A stretch of DNA of 64,000 nt. Source: an uncultured Gemmatimonadaceae bacterium (lineage in GTDB: Bacteria; Gemmatimonadota; Gemmatimonadetes; Gemmatimonadales; Gemmatimonadaceae). Position numbers and translations under genes: made by a program. The notes under the pieces were generated by a model. The model saw only the letters and a list, made by a program, of their open reading frames with translations. It had not been told where the DNA came from and searched no databases. The first letter of the stretch is position 1, and each line of letters begins with the position of its first letter. The stretch covers positions 160,001 to 224,000 of the forward strand of contig CAWAGQ010000013.1 in NCBI GenBank assembly GCA_963781585.1, written 5' to 3'. Shown one piece after another: positions 18,932-28,593 of the stretch.

Positions 18932-20263
18932 ATGTTCGACGAACTTTCCGAGAAGCTGTCCGCCACGTTCTCGCGCCTTCGCGGGCGAGGCATACTCACG
19001 GATTCCGACATCAAGGACGGACTCCGCGAGATCCGGCGCGTGCTCCTCGAGGCCGACGTGAATTTCCAGCTCACGCGGGAGTTCCTCGAACGGGTGGAGT
19101 CGAAGGCCGCTGGTGTGACGTCGATCAGGACGGTCCAGCCGGCGCAGCAACTGGTCAAGATCGTCTACGACGAGCTGACCGCCATGCTGGGCGAGCAGCG
19201 GCAGCAGCTCAAGTTCAGCAGTGTGCCGCCGACGGTCGTGATGCTGGTGGGGCTCCAGGGTTCCGGGAAGACGACCACGGCGGCGAAGCTCGCGCGAAGG
19301 CTCAAGGGCGAAGGACGGCCGACGCGAATGGTTGCGGCCGACGTGTATCGTCCGGCCGCCATCGACCAGCTGGAGACGCTCGGCGCGCAGCTCGAGGTGC
19401 CGGTGTACGCGGACCGCTCGACGCAAGACGTGGTGCGGATCGCGCGGACGGGCATCGAGGAGGCGCGCCGGGCGCGCGACCGGATCGTGGTGCTCGATAC
19501 CGCCGGCCGGCTGCAGATCGACGAGGAGATGATGAAGGAGCTGGTGCGGGTGAAGGAGGCGGTGCACCCCGACGAGATCCTGCTGGTGGCCGACGGCATG
19601 ACGGGGCAGGACGCGGTGCGCATCGCCCAGGGCTTCAACGACGCGTTAGGCATCACCGGGGTCATTCTCACCAAGATGGACGGCGATGCCCGCGGCGGGG
19701 CGGCGCTGTCGATCTACGGCGTGATCAAGAAGCCGATCAAGTTCGTGGGCGTCGGCGAGAAGGTGGATGCGCTCGAGGACTTCCATCCCGAGCGCATGGC
19801 CGGCCGTATCCTTCAGATGGGCGACATCGTGTCGCTGGTCGAGAAGGCGCAGGAGGCGTTCGACACGGCCGAGGCGAAGAAGCTCGAGAAGAAGGTCCGG
19901 AAGGAAGGGGTCGATCTGGAGGACTTCCTGACGGCGATGAAGCAGATGCAGAAGCTCGGACCGCTCGAGGGAATCCTGAAGATGCTGCCCGGCGTGAACG
20001 CCAAGATGCTGCGGCAGGCGAATCTCGATCCGAAGCGGATGAAGCACGTGGAGGCGATCGTGCTGTCGATGACGCGCCAGGAGCGGAAGACACCTGGCGT
20101 GATCAACGGCTCGCGGCGGGCGCGCATCGCGCGGGGCAGCGGCCGTCCCATCAGCGAGGTGAACAGGCTGCTGGAGCAGTTCCGCGACATGCAGAAGATG
20201 ATGAAGAAGGCGGCCGGGGGCGGGCGGATGGGGTTGCCGCCTGGGCTGATGGGGATGCGGTGA
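18932..20263 (+). CDS. ffh: Signal recognition particle protein
   Basis: LLEADVN, GLQGSGKTT, DTAGR, TKMDGDARGG, Met-rich M domain with SRRARIARGSG. Confidence 0.97.
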   Translation: MFDELSEKLSATFSRLRGRGILTDSDIKDGLREIRRVLLEADVNFQLTREFLERVESKAAGVTSIRTVQPAQQLVKIVYDELTAMLGEQRQQLKFSSVPPTVVMLVGLQGSGKTTTAAKLARRLKGEGRPTRMVAADVYRPAAIDQLETLGAQLEVPVYADRSTQDVVRIARTGIEEARRARDRIVVLDTAGRLQIDEEMMKELVRVKEAVHPDEILLVADGMTGQDAVRIAQGFNDALGITGVILTKMDGDARGGAALSIYGVIKKPIKFVGVGEKVDALEDFHPERMAGRILQMGDIVSLVEKAQEAFDTAEAKKLEKKVRKEGVDLEDFLTAMKQMQKLGPLEGILKMLPGVNAKMLRQANLDPKRMKHVEAIVLSMTRQERKTPGVINGSRRARIARGSGRPISEVNRLLEQFRDMQKMMKKAAGGGRMGLPPGLMGMR

Positions 20264-20268
20264 TGAGA

Positions 20269-20326
20269 GGCCACAGGCCTCGGGCCATGGGTCAGAGGGT
20301 AGAGGACGGCAGGTCAAAGGTCATAG
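20269..20326. repeat. Degenerate heptamer array (GGYCANA-type) after ffh
   Basis: GGCCACA GGCCTCG GGCCATG GGTCAGA ... GGTCAAA GGTCATA. Confidence 0.6.
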
Positions 20327-20422
20327 CTCACCATTCCTTCTGTTTGCGCCGGGTGCGGGCCGGAGAGGCCGGTTTCGCGTGGAGCCTGGCGAGTTGCACG
20401 AACACCTAACGAGGATACATCC

Positions 20423-20758
20423 ATGGCAGTGCGCATTCGTCTTCGCCGGGTGGGGCGCAAGAAGCAGCCCTACTATCGCATCGTGGTCGCCGACAGTCGC
20501 AGTCCGCGCGACGGCCGGTTCATCGAAGTCATCGGTCACTACAATCCTCGTCAGGGTACCGCGCTGGGCGCGGGCGTGGATTTGAAACTCGATCGCGCGA
20601 ACTACTGGCTCGATGTCGGCGCGCTGCCCACGGACACCGCACGCTCGCTGCTCCGGCGCGCCGGCGTGCTGAAGACGCGGCACGAGGCGCGGGTGGCAAC
20701 GCGGCGCCAGACGGAAGCCGTGCCGCTGGCCGAGGGCGCGGAGCCGAAGGAAGGGTAG
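20423..20758 (+). CDS. rpsP: 30S ribosomal protein S16
   Basis: [35 protein letters not shown]. Confidence 0.97.
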   Translation: MAVRIRLRRVGRKKQPYYRIVVADSRSPRDGRFIEVIGHYNPRQGTALGAGVDLKLDRANYWLDVGALPTDTARSLLRRAGVLKTRHEARVATRRQTEAVPLAEGAEPKEG

Positions 20759-20771
20759 GAGCGGGCGGGCC

Positions 20772-21440
20772 GTGCCCGGGCCCGAGCCGCGCCTGCCGGA
20801 ATACGTCATCGTCGGACGTGTGCGCCGCGCGCATGGCGTGAACGGCGAGGTGGTGGTGGAGCCGCTGACCGACTCGCCCGACGTGATCTTCGCTCCGGGC
20901 CGGCGGGTCTTCGCGGGGACCACCCGGGGCGATGTGAGCGCTGGAACCCCCCAATTGCACGTCGGGAGCGCCTTTGCGCACCAGCTCGCGCTGGTGGTTG
21001 CATTCGCGGAGATCGCCGATCGGGATGCGGCGGACCTCTGGCGCAACCGTTACCTCCTCGTTCCGCGCGACGAGTTGCCGGGCCCGGAGGAGGGCGAGAT
21101 CTATCTCCACGAGCTGGTGGGATTGCGCGTGGAGACTCAGGACGGAGTCACGATCGGGACCGTCGACGCGTTCTATGAGTTGGCCCAGGGGCTGATGCTC
21201 GAGGTGCGGGTTGTGCTGGGGAGCGGGGCGGGCACGCGCGGGGACCATCGCGAGCGCGCGGCGAGGGACGACGCGAGCCCGGGGGAGAGGCCGCAACCCG
21301 ATGGCGACGCCGGACCTGCGGAGGCAGAGGCGTCCGGAAGCCGCACCTTGCTGCTCCCCTATCGGCCCGAGTTCGTCCGGCGGGTGGACGTGAAACAGGG
21401 GATGATGGTTGTGGAGCTGCCGGAGGGGTGGGTTGATTGA
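20772..21440 (+). CDS. rimM: Ribosome maturation factor RimM
   Basis: VGRVRRAHGVNGEV, EGEIYLHELVGLRV, LLPYRPEFVRRVD; expected position after rpsP. Confidence 0.9.
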   Translation: MPGPEPRLPEYVIVGRVRRAHGVNGEVVVEPLTDSPDVIFAPGRRVFAGTTRGDVSAGTPQLHVGSAFAHQLALVVAFAEIADRDAADLWRNRYLLVPRDELPGPEEGEIYLHELVGLRVETQDGVTIGTVDAFYELAQGLMLEVRVVLGSGAGTRGDHRERAARDDASPGERPQPDGDAGPAEAEASGSRTLLLPYRPEFVRRVDVKQGMMVVELPEGWVD

Positions 21441-21444
21441 AGGC

Positions 21445-21548
21445 AGGTATCAGATATCAGCGTTCAGCTCTCAGAGGTGGGGGCCGTATCTGCTGAATGC
21501 TGCATGCTGCACCCTGAATGCTGATCGCTGAATGCTGACCGCCGATCT
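21445..21548. repeat. Inverted pair of heptamer arrays (TCAG-type then CTGA-type)
   Basis: TATCAGA TATCAGC GTTCAGC TCTCAGA, a short spacer, then GCTGAAT GCTGCAT GCTGCAC CCTGAAT GCTGATC GCTGAAT GCTGACC. Confidence 0.8.
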
Positions 21549-21555
21549 CACTTCC

Positions 21556-22302
21556 ATGCTCCCGATTACGATTCTCACCATATTCCCTGACTACTTCAGC
21601 GCTCCGCTCGGACTCAGTATTCCGGCGCGCGCGGCGGAGGTGGGCGTGGTGTCGTATCGGGTGGTCGACCTGCGGGACTTCACCCACGATCGGCATCGGA
21701 CGGTGGATGACTACGCGTATGGAGGCGGGGCAGGCATGGTGATGAAGCCGGAGCCGTTCTTCGAAGCCGTCGACGCGCTGCGGCCGGAAGGACCAATCGT
21801 GCTGCTCTCGCCGCGCGGGCGCACCTTCAGCCAGGACGACGCGCGGCGGTACGCCGGGGCGCCCGGGCTGACGCTGCTCTGCGGTCACTACAAGGACGTG
21901 GACCAGCGCGTGGCCGATCACCTGGCGACCGAGGTCGTCTCGTTAGGCGATTTCGTGCTGAGCGGCGGGGAACCGGCGGCACTGGCGGTGATCGATGCCA
22001 CGGTGCGCCTGCTCCCCGGCGCCATGTCCAGGCTCGAGAGCGCCCACGGCGACTCCTTCTTCGACCGCGACCTCAGCGCGCCGAGCTACACGAGGCCGCC
22101 CGAGTACCGGGGACACGCGGTGCCGGACGTGCTGCTGTCGGGCGACCACAAGCGGATCGCCGCGTGGCGACGCGACGTGGGCGACCGCCTGAGCCGGGAA
22201 CGCCAGCCGAACGGCGCGGGTACGCCCCGGGTGTCGACCGCGGCGGGGAAACCGGACCACGCCCCGACCGGCCGCGGCGTCGTCGAACGCGACCATTCCT
22301 GA
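21556..22302 (+). CDS. trmD: tRNA (guanine37-N1)-methyltransferase
   Basis: ILTIFP, VDDYAYGGGAGMVMKPEP, LCGHYKDVDQRV, SLGDFVLSGGE, YTRP, LLSGDH. Confidence 0.96.
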   Translation: MLPITILTIFPDYFSAPLGLSIPARAAEVGVVSYRVVDLRDFTHDRHRTVDDYAYGGGAGMVMKPEPFFEAVDALRPEGPIVLLSPRGRTFSQDDARRYAGAPGLTLLCGHYKDVDQRVADHLATEVVSLGDFVLSGGEPAALAVIDATVRLLPGAMSRLESAHGDSFFDRDLSAPSYTRPPEYRGHAVPDVLLSGDHKRIAAWRRDVGDRLSRERQPNGAGTPRVSTAAGKPDHAPTGRGVVERDHS

Positions 22303-22320
22303 TCGGACCGAATCGAACTC

Positions 22321-22896
22321 GTGCGACACTCCATCGCGCTCTGCCTGCTGACCGCTACCGGTTGCGCCGCCTTCTCGGCGAGGCAGGCGGCGCGAACGCC
22401 GGGCGGCGAAGCGCTATCGGGCGGCGAGGTTCGCGCGCATCACCACGCACCAGTGGCGTACTCCGTGCGCCTTGCCCCACGCGCACGACCCGCCTCCGCC
22501 GACGGTGGTGACGATGGCGATGGTCAGCAGGTCGAGTCGCGGAATTCCGGATCGATCCGGCTGATCATCGACGACGACGACACCTTCGAGTACCAGCTGA
22601 CGATCCAGAATCAGGCGCGTCGAACCTACACCTCGGCGCGCATCTATCGTGGCGACCCCGAGAACGGCGGCCAGCTCGTCGCGACGCTGTTCGACGATGT
22701 TGCGATGGGCAATCGCTACATCCAGGTGCGCGGCACGGCCCTGGTGCAACGTGCGTTGGATTCGCACCAGGCGCTCGATGCCCTGCGCAGTCATCCGGAC
22801 GAATATGTTTTCCGGGTGGACGCGGGGGATCGCTCGGCAGCGGCGTTGCAGGGCGGTATCGGCGATGACACCGGGGTCACAGGCCAGGGGCGGTAA
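22321..22896 (+). CDS. Lipoprotein with a degenerate CHRD-like domain
   Basis: Lipobox [50 protein letters not shown] pattern. Confidence 0.6.
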   Translation: MRHSIALCLLTATGCAAFSARQAARTPGGEALSGGEVRAHHHAPVAYSVRLAPRARPASADGGDDGDGQQVESRNSGSIRLIIDDDDTFEYQLTIQNQARRTYTSARIYRGDPENGGQLVATLFDDVAMGNRYIQVRGTALVQRALDSHQALDALRSHPDEYVFRVDAGDRSAAALQGGIGDDTGVTGQGR

Positions 22897-23002
22897 GCCG
22901 CAGGCCATACCGCGCGCTGGCGTAAAGCTTTGCGGCCGGTTACGTTGCAGGTCTTCCCGAAGACGACGTCGACCGGGTTTCCCCGACTGGCCCGAGCATC
23001 AT

Positions 23003-23389
23003 ATGCATCCGTTCATCGAGACGCAGAAAGAGTGGCTGCGCACCGATCGCCCACCCTTTCGAGCAGGCGACACGCTCCGCGTGAGCGTTCGAGTGCGTGA
23101 AGGAGAGAAGGAGCGACTGCAGGCGTTCGAGGGCATCTGTATCGCCCGGCGTGGAAGCGGCGTGAGCGCCTCGTTCACGGTTCGGAAGATCTCCAACGGC
23201 GTCGGCGTGGAGCGCATCTTCCCCCTGCACAGTCCGATGATCGCGGACATCACGGTGGTGCGGCGCGGTCGCGTTCGGCGCGCCAAGCTGTACTACCTGC
23301 GTCATCTCGTCGGCAAGGCGACGCGTATTCGCGAGAAGAAGGTGCGCGTGTCGGTTCCCGTCACCGAAACACCCGAGAGCGCGGAGTAG
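23003..23389 (+). CDS. rplS: 50S ribosomal protein L19
   Basis: [40 protein letters not shown]. Confidence 0.97.
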   Translation: MHPFIETQKEWLRTDRPPFRAGDTLRVSVRVREGEKERLQAFEGICIARRGSGVSASFTVRKISNGVGVERIFPLHSPMIADITVVRRGRVRRAKLYYLRHLVGKATRIREKKVRVSVPVTETPESAE

Positions 23390-23440
23390 CGGAGCCCCTC
23401 GTGCGGTCGTCCCGCGCTCGGCGCGATTGCGCCTGATGGG

Positions 23441-24118
23441 GTGGCGGCTCACCGGTGGAGCCAGATAGAGCGGCAACTCCGCGCCGAGCACGGCGCGTTG
23501 ATCGCCGGAGTGGATGAGGTAGGACGCGGGCCGCTGGCCGGGCCGGTGGTCGCGTGCGCAGTGATCATGCCGCCGGAGCGTCGCGCCATCGCCGGCGTGG
23601 ACGACTCGAAGCGTCTCACCGAAGGGCAGCGCGTCCGGCTGGCCGCGCGCATTCGCTCCGTCGCGCTCGCGCTCGGCGTCGGCGCGGCGTCGGTGCGCGA
23701 GATCGACACCTTCAACATCTACCACGCGAGCACCCGCGCCATTCGACGGGCGATCATGCGCCTCGCCGTCAATCCGCATCACGTGCTGATCGACGGTCTC
23801 CCGATCCGAACGCTGGGAGTTCCGCACACGGCGGTGGTGCGCGGCGATTCCCGATGCTACTCGGTGGCCTGCGCGTCGATCGTGGCAAAGGTGGTTCGCG
23901 ACACGCTCATGCGCCGGCTTGCGCCGCGATATCCCCAGTACGGGTGGGAGCACAACGTGGGGTACGCCACGCCGGAGCACATCGCCGTGCTCGATGCGCA
24001 CGGCGGGTCGCCGCATCACCGCACCTCGTTCCGGATTACGCAACTCACGCTCGATCTCGACGAGGGCGCCGCGCTCGATGCGTCGTTCTCGAGAGCATCG
24101 CGGATCGGCGACGCGTGA
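23441..24118 (+). CDS. rnhB: Ribonuclease HII
   Basis: GVDEVGRGPLAGPV, DDSK, LIDG, ASIVAKVVRD, HRTSF. Confidence 0.95.
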   Translation: MAAHRWSQIERQLRAEHGALIAGVDEVGRGPLAGPVVACAVIMPPERRAIAGVDDSKRLTEGQRVRLAARIRSVALALGVGAASVREIDTFNIYHASTRAIRRAIMRLAVNPHHVLIDGLPIRTLGVPHTAVVRGDSRCYSVACASIVAKVVRDTLMRRLAPRYPQYGWEHNVGYATPEHIAVLDAHGGSPHHRTSFRITQLTLDLDEGAALDASFSRASRIGDA

Positions 24119-24990
24119 GACAGCCTGCCAGTGACTCGACGTTTCGGGCCGGGCTGTTCGACGGCCGGGTGGCACTGGTGACGGGCGGCGGGACCGGCAT
24201 CGGACTCGGGATATCGACGCTGCTGGCCGAGCTTGGGGCGCACGTGGTCATGGCGAGCCGGAAGCCCGAGCATCTCGATCCGGCGGTGGGCTATCTGCGC
24301 GCGCGCGGCCTGTCGGCGAGCGCGCAACCCCTCGACGTGCGCGACCGTGAGCGTGTGGGCGAAACCGTGGCCGCCGTGCGCGAGGCGCACGGCCGCATCG
24401 ATCTCCTCGTCAACAACGCGGCCGGCAACTTCTACGCGCCGAGCGAGACCATGAGCCCCAACGCGTGGCGGTCGGTGCTCGAGATCGATCTGTTCGGCAC
24501 GTTCTACTGCTCGCAGGCGGTGGCGCCGGTGATGCGCGCGCAGGGCGGCGGCGCGATCGTCAACATCTCGATGACACTGCAGTACCGTGGATGGCCGCTC
24601 ATGGCGCACGCGACCGCCGCGAAGGCGGGAGTGGACGCCCTCACCCGCACCCTCGCGGTGGAGTGGGCGCCGCACGGGATCCGGGTGAACGCCGTGGCAC
24701 CGGGACCGATTCCCACGGAAGGTGTCAAACGCGCATTCACTCCGCCGACGGTGGGGAAGGACAGCGGCGGGAGCAATGCCGCGGCGGATGTGTTTGCGGT
24801 GGAGCGCACCCTCGAGGACTACGCCCGTGCGGCCATTCCCCTACGGCGCTTCGGCACTCCGGCTGATATAGCTCATGCGGTGGTGTTCCTCGCGTCGCCT
24901 GCGGCGGGATGGATCACGGGGGCGATCCTGGTGGTGGATGGCGGCGAGTGGATCTGGAAGCCGGGACCACAGAGGCCGGGGCCTGTGTGA
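24115..24990 (+). CDS. SDR oxidoreductase, 2,4-dienoyl-CoA reductase-like
   Basis: TGGGTGIG, NNAAGNF, MSPNAW, HATAAKAG, PGPI; GTG overlaps the rnhB stop. Confidence 0.88.
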   Translation: MRQPASDSTFRAGLFDGRVALVTGGGTGIGLGISTLLAELGAHVVMASRKPEHLDPAVGYLRARGLSASAQPLDVRDRERVGETVAAVREAHGRIDLLVNNAAGNFYAPSETMSPNAWRSVLEIDLFGTFYCSQAVAPVMRAQGGGAIVNISMTLQYRGWPLMAHATAAKAGVDALTRTLAVEWAPHGIRVNAVAPGPIPTEGVKRAFTPPTVGKDSGGSNAAADVFAVERTLEDYARAAIPLRRFGTPADIAHAVVFLASPAAGWITGAILVVDGGEWIWKPGPQRPGPV

Positions 24991-25119
24991 CCCCGGTCAC
25001 ACGCTGTTCGTCGCACCCCCGGTATTATTGACCTGACTCCCTGCGGCGGACCGGCAGACGCTTCCGGAGCGCGGGGCAGTCCAGCGTCTAGAACAACTCT
25101 TCTCTGTGGGAGTGAAGAT

Positions 25120-25791
25120 ATGAACAATTTCAGCAGACTGCCCGCGATCGCCCTGGCGACGATGGTAGCTGGTGCGTGTGCGACGAAAGGGTACGTGCGC
25201 CAGCAAGTGGAAACCGGCGTGACCGCCGAGCGTGTCGCGCGTGTCTCAGCCGACAGTTCCCTGACGGGGAACGTCAACGACCTGAATTCGCAGGTCACGA
25301 CGGTGAAGTCGGACGTGGCGTCGTTGAAGAACGACGTCGCCGCGCTGCGCAGCGATCTGACCTCACTGCGCACCGAATTCGACGCGAAGATCACGGCGAT
25401 GGAGAACGGCATGAAGTTCGCGTTCCCGGTGACGTTCGCGTTCGACGATGCGACGGTCCGTGACGAGGACCGGGCGGCGCTCGATCAGTTCACCAAGGTG
25501 GTGAACAAGTACTATGGCGGATCGGTGCTGACGGTTGAGGGCCATGCGGACCCCGCCGGCTCCGCGACCTACAACAACAAGCTCTCCAAGGAGCGCGCCG
25601 AAGCGGTTGCGGCGTACCTGACGCAGGCCGGACTCACGGGTGTGGATGTACGCACCGTCGGGTATGGCGAGAGCCGTCAGGTGGTGAAGGGCGCCGAGAA
25701 GGACGAGCCCGGAGCCGACTCGAACCGCCGCGTGGTGTTCGTCGTCGAGTCGAAGGGGACGGCTGCTGCCACCGTGTCGAGCATGCCGTAA
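25120..25791 (+). CDS. OmpA/Pal-family lipoprotein with coiled coil
   Basis: Lipobox AGAC, heptad region, FAFDDA, EGHAD, NKLSKERA, GYGE, NRRV. Confidence 0.9.
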   Translation: MNNFSRLPAIALATMVAGACATKGYVRQQVETGVTAERVARVSADSSLTGNVNDLNSQVTTVKSDVASLKNDVAALRSDLTSLRTEFDAKITAMENGMKFAFPVTFAFDDATVRDEDRAALDQFTKVVNKYYGGSVLTVEGHADPAGSATYNNKLSKERAEAVAAYLTQAGLTGVDVRTVGYGESRQVVKGAEKDEPGADSNRRVVFVVESKGTAAATVSSMP

Positions 25792-25850
25792 CGGACCGGC
25801 GGCGCTCGGCCACGAGCGCCCCGACGCTGGCGCCAGTGCGCCGGCATCCG

Positions 25851-25883
25851 AGAGGCCCGGGAGTCCGCTCCCGGGCCTCTTTC
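25851..25883 (+). terminator. Intrinsic terminator between convergent genes
   Basis: AGAGGCCCGGGAG-TCCG-CTCCCGGGCCTCT, a 13-bp perfect stem followed by TT. Confidence 0.75.
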
Positions 25884-25885
25884 AT

Positions 25886-27348
25886 TCAGGAGGCGGCGAG
25901 CGGCGCGGTCGCCGGAACGGGCAGCGTCAGGCGAAAGAGACTTCCGCCGGGACCCGTTTTCGCCAGGGTGACGTCGCCGCCATGCGCGCGTACGACCCAG
26001 CGTGCGATGGCCAGCCCCAGCCCAGCCCCGCCCGGACGAGCGGCGGCATCGTCGTGGTGGGGCGCGCGATAGAAGCGCTCGAAGATGCGCTCGGCGGCGT
26101 GAGGCGGCACGCCCACGCCGGTGTCCTCGACGTCGATCCCGTATGAGCCGTTGTCGCGGCTCGGCGCGGACCGTGACCCGGCCGCCCGGCGGCGTGTACT
26201 TCACGGCGTTGTCGAGGAGGTTCATGACGGCCCGTTTGAGCAGCGTCTCGTCGCCCGAGAACGGGAGGTCGTCGTCACCGAGCTCCGGGGCCAGACGTGA
26301 TGCCCTTCGCGGCGGCCAGGGACCGGGCCGCGCGCACGCACTCCTCGAGGACATCGCGGAGGTACAGTTCCTCGTCGCGAACGGGGCGCGAGCCGCCCTC
26401 GCTCTGCGCGAGCAGGAAGAGGTCGTCGACGATGCCGCGCAGCCGCCGGCTTTCCGCGCGAACGGCGGTCAGGGCGTCGCGCAGCTCTTCCGTGCGGCGG
26501 TCGGGTCTCGACAGCGCCAGTTCGCTCTCACCGCTGATGACCGCGACGGGCGTGCGCAGCTCATGCGAGGCGTCGGCCATGAACCGGCGCTGCTCCTCGA
26601 AGGCGCGCTCGAGGCGGTCGAGCAGGTCGTTGAAGACCGCGGCCAGGCGTCCGAGTTCGTCGCGCGGATTGCCCTCCGGCAGTCGCTCGTGCAGCGACGA
26701 CGCCCCGATAAAGGCGGCGCGCTCGGTCATGGAGGCGACCGGATGCAGGCTCTTCCGGGCGAGCATGTATCCGCCGATGGTGGCGAACCCCAGCAGAATC
26801 GGGATGACGAGCAGGAGCACGATGCCGACGTCGCGGAGCAGCTTCTGCTGCGCCCGCAACCGCTGGACGGTGGCGATCACGAGCGAATGGCTGCCGAGGG
26901 TATAGGGCATCGTGTAGACGCGAAGGGTTTCGTCTCCTTCGCGCACGGTGCGGAATGTCTGGGCGTCGGCCGGCGTGCGCTGCATCAGCGAGTCCATGTC
27001 GCTGACGACCGGGACGGTGGTCACCAGGGCGGACGTGGAGTTCGGGTCCACGCCGGCGCGCGCGTGGAAGGCGATCCCGGTTCCGCGGTCGAGCACCACC
27101 ACGTCGGTCTCGCGCAGCCGGAACGCGCGCACGACGTCGGCAATGGCGACGCTGTCGGACTTGCCGCTGTTGCGCTCGTACTCCATCGCGCCGGTGACGG
27201 CGCTGGCGGTCTCGGCGAGGAATTCGTTGATGCGCGCGAGACTCGATTGCCGGAGGAAGAGGAAGACGGCGACCGCGAAGGCCGCCAGAAAGACCGTGAA
27301 GACGCCCGCGTACCAGAGGGCGATCCGGGCCCGGATCGAGTGGAGCAC
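25886..27348 (-). CDS. HAMP sensor histidine kinase (CusS/QseC-like), with two frameshifts near 26295 and 26158
   Basis: Two TM segments, HAMP (DELGRLA), ADASHELRTP; NLLDNAVKYT and DTGVG...IFERFYR...GAGLGLAIA in successive frames. Confidence 0.85.
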
Positions 27349-27349
27349 G

Positions 27350-28081
27350 TCAGCGCGGTCGCGTCGAGCGTCCCCGCGTGCCGGCCGGTTCGTTAGGCGC
27401 GGCGTCGTCCGCGACGTCGGCCAGCAGGTAGCCGGCGCCGCGCCGGGTGTGGATGAGCGCGCGTCCGGCGCCCTCATCCACCTTCTTGCGCAGGCGGTTG
27501 ATGTAGACCTCGATGGCGTTGGAGAAGGGGTCGTGGTTCTCGTCCCAGACGTGCTCGCACAGCTCGGCCCGTCCCACGACCCGTCCCGCGTGGCGCGCCA
27601 GGTACTCGAGCATCACGTATTCCTTGCCGGTGAGGCGCAGCGGCCGTTCGGCGCGGGTGGCCGTCTGGCCGGCGGTGTCGATCCGCAGGTCGGCGACGGT
27701 GAGGACGGCGGGCAGCAGCGACGGCATGCGGCGCAGGAGAGCACGCAGCCGCGCGTGCAACTCCTCGAGCTCGAAGGGCTTGGTGAGGTAGTCGTCCGCC
27801 CCGGCGTCGAGACCCGTGATGCGATCGGGCAGGGTGTCGCGCGCGGTGAGCATGAGAATCGGGACCTGAAGGCCGCGCCGCCGCAACTCGCGGCTGACCT
27901 CGATGCCATCCTTGCGAGGCAGGCCGATATCGAGGATCAGGGCGTCATATGGATTGACCGCGGCCTGGAAGATGGCCGCGTCGCCATCGACGGCCAGATC
28001 GACCGCGTAGCCCCGTTCGCGCAAGCTGCGGGCCAGCATGTCCGCCAGGCGGGCGTCGTCTTCGACAACAAGGAGTCGCAT
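27350..28081 (-). CDS. OmpR-family response regulator
   Basis: MRLLVVEDD, LDIGLP, LTARD, KPF, NAIEVYINRLRKK, IHTRRGAGY. Confidence 0.92.
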   Translation of the reverse strand: MRLLVVEDDARLADMLARSLRERGYAVDLAVDGDAAIFQAAVNPYDALILDIGLPRKDGIEVSRELRRRGLQVPILMLTARDTLPDRITGLDAGADDYLTKPFELEELHARLRALLRRMPSLLPAVLTVADLRIDTAGQTATRAERPLRLTGKEYVMLEYLARHAGRVVGRAELCEHVWDENHDPFSNAIEVYINRLRKKVDEGAGRALIHTRRGAGYLLADVADDAAPNEPAGTRGRSTRPR

Positions 28082-28114
28082 GGGAATGATCCCGATCGAG
28101 CGGGGTGTGCGGGC

Positions 28115-28131
28115 GTTAGCCGCCGTTTAGG
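28115..28131. promoter_or_regulatory. Candidate OmpR-family operator, TTAG-N7-TTAG
   Basis: TTAG at 28116 and 28127 (11-bp period) in the divergent promoter region. Confidence 0.35.
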
Positions 28132-28247
28132 TGGAGTCCCGTAACGTCATCCCGCGAATCGATGCACGACAGCGGGACAAGTGGCCGTCGGGGCTTTCGA
28201 CATCGCGGATCGCAAGACAGTACCACCAATCTACCAGAGGAGTTCAT

Positions 28248-28541
28248 ATGACCCGTAAGCTGATCGCCCTCCTCGCATCGCTGGCGCTCGCGTCACCGGT
28301 GCTGGGCGCCCAGCAGTCGAAGGCGGCGGCGCCGAAGCCTGCGGCGTCGCAAGCGGCGACGGCGGCGAAGGGCAAGGCAGATACCGCCAAGACCAAGGCC
28401 GACTCCACCAAGGCCAAGACTGCGGCGACGAAGAAGTCCACCACCGGCAAGTCGGCGACGACCAAGGGGAAGTCGAAGTCCGCGACGACGCACAAAGGCG
28501 CGACGAAGGATTCGACCAAGGCCGCGCCGAAGAAGCCGTAG
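28248..28541 (+). CDS. Small exported Lys/Ala/Thr-rich basic protein (Asr-like composition), 97 aa
   Basis: GAGGAG RBS, signal peptide ...SPVLGA|QQ, 20 Lys versus 3 Asp, low complexity. Confidence 0.8.
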   Translation: MTRKLIALLASLALASPVLGAQQSKAAAPKPAASQAATAAKGKADTAKTKADSTKAKTAATKKSTTGKSATTKGKSKSATTHKGATKDSTKAAPKKP

Positions 28542-28593
28542 CGCGGTAGTACTGCCGCGCTGTGTTCGCCGCTGCGTGCTCCTGGGGGTGTAG

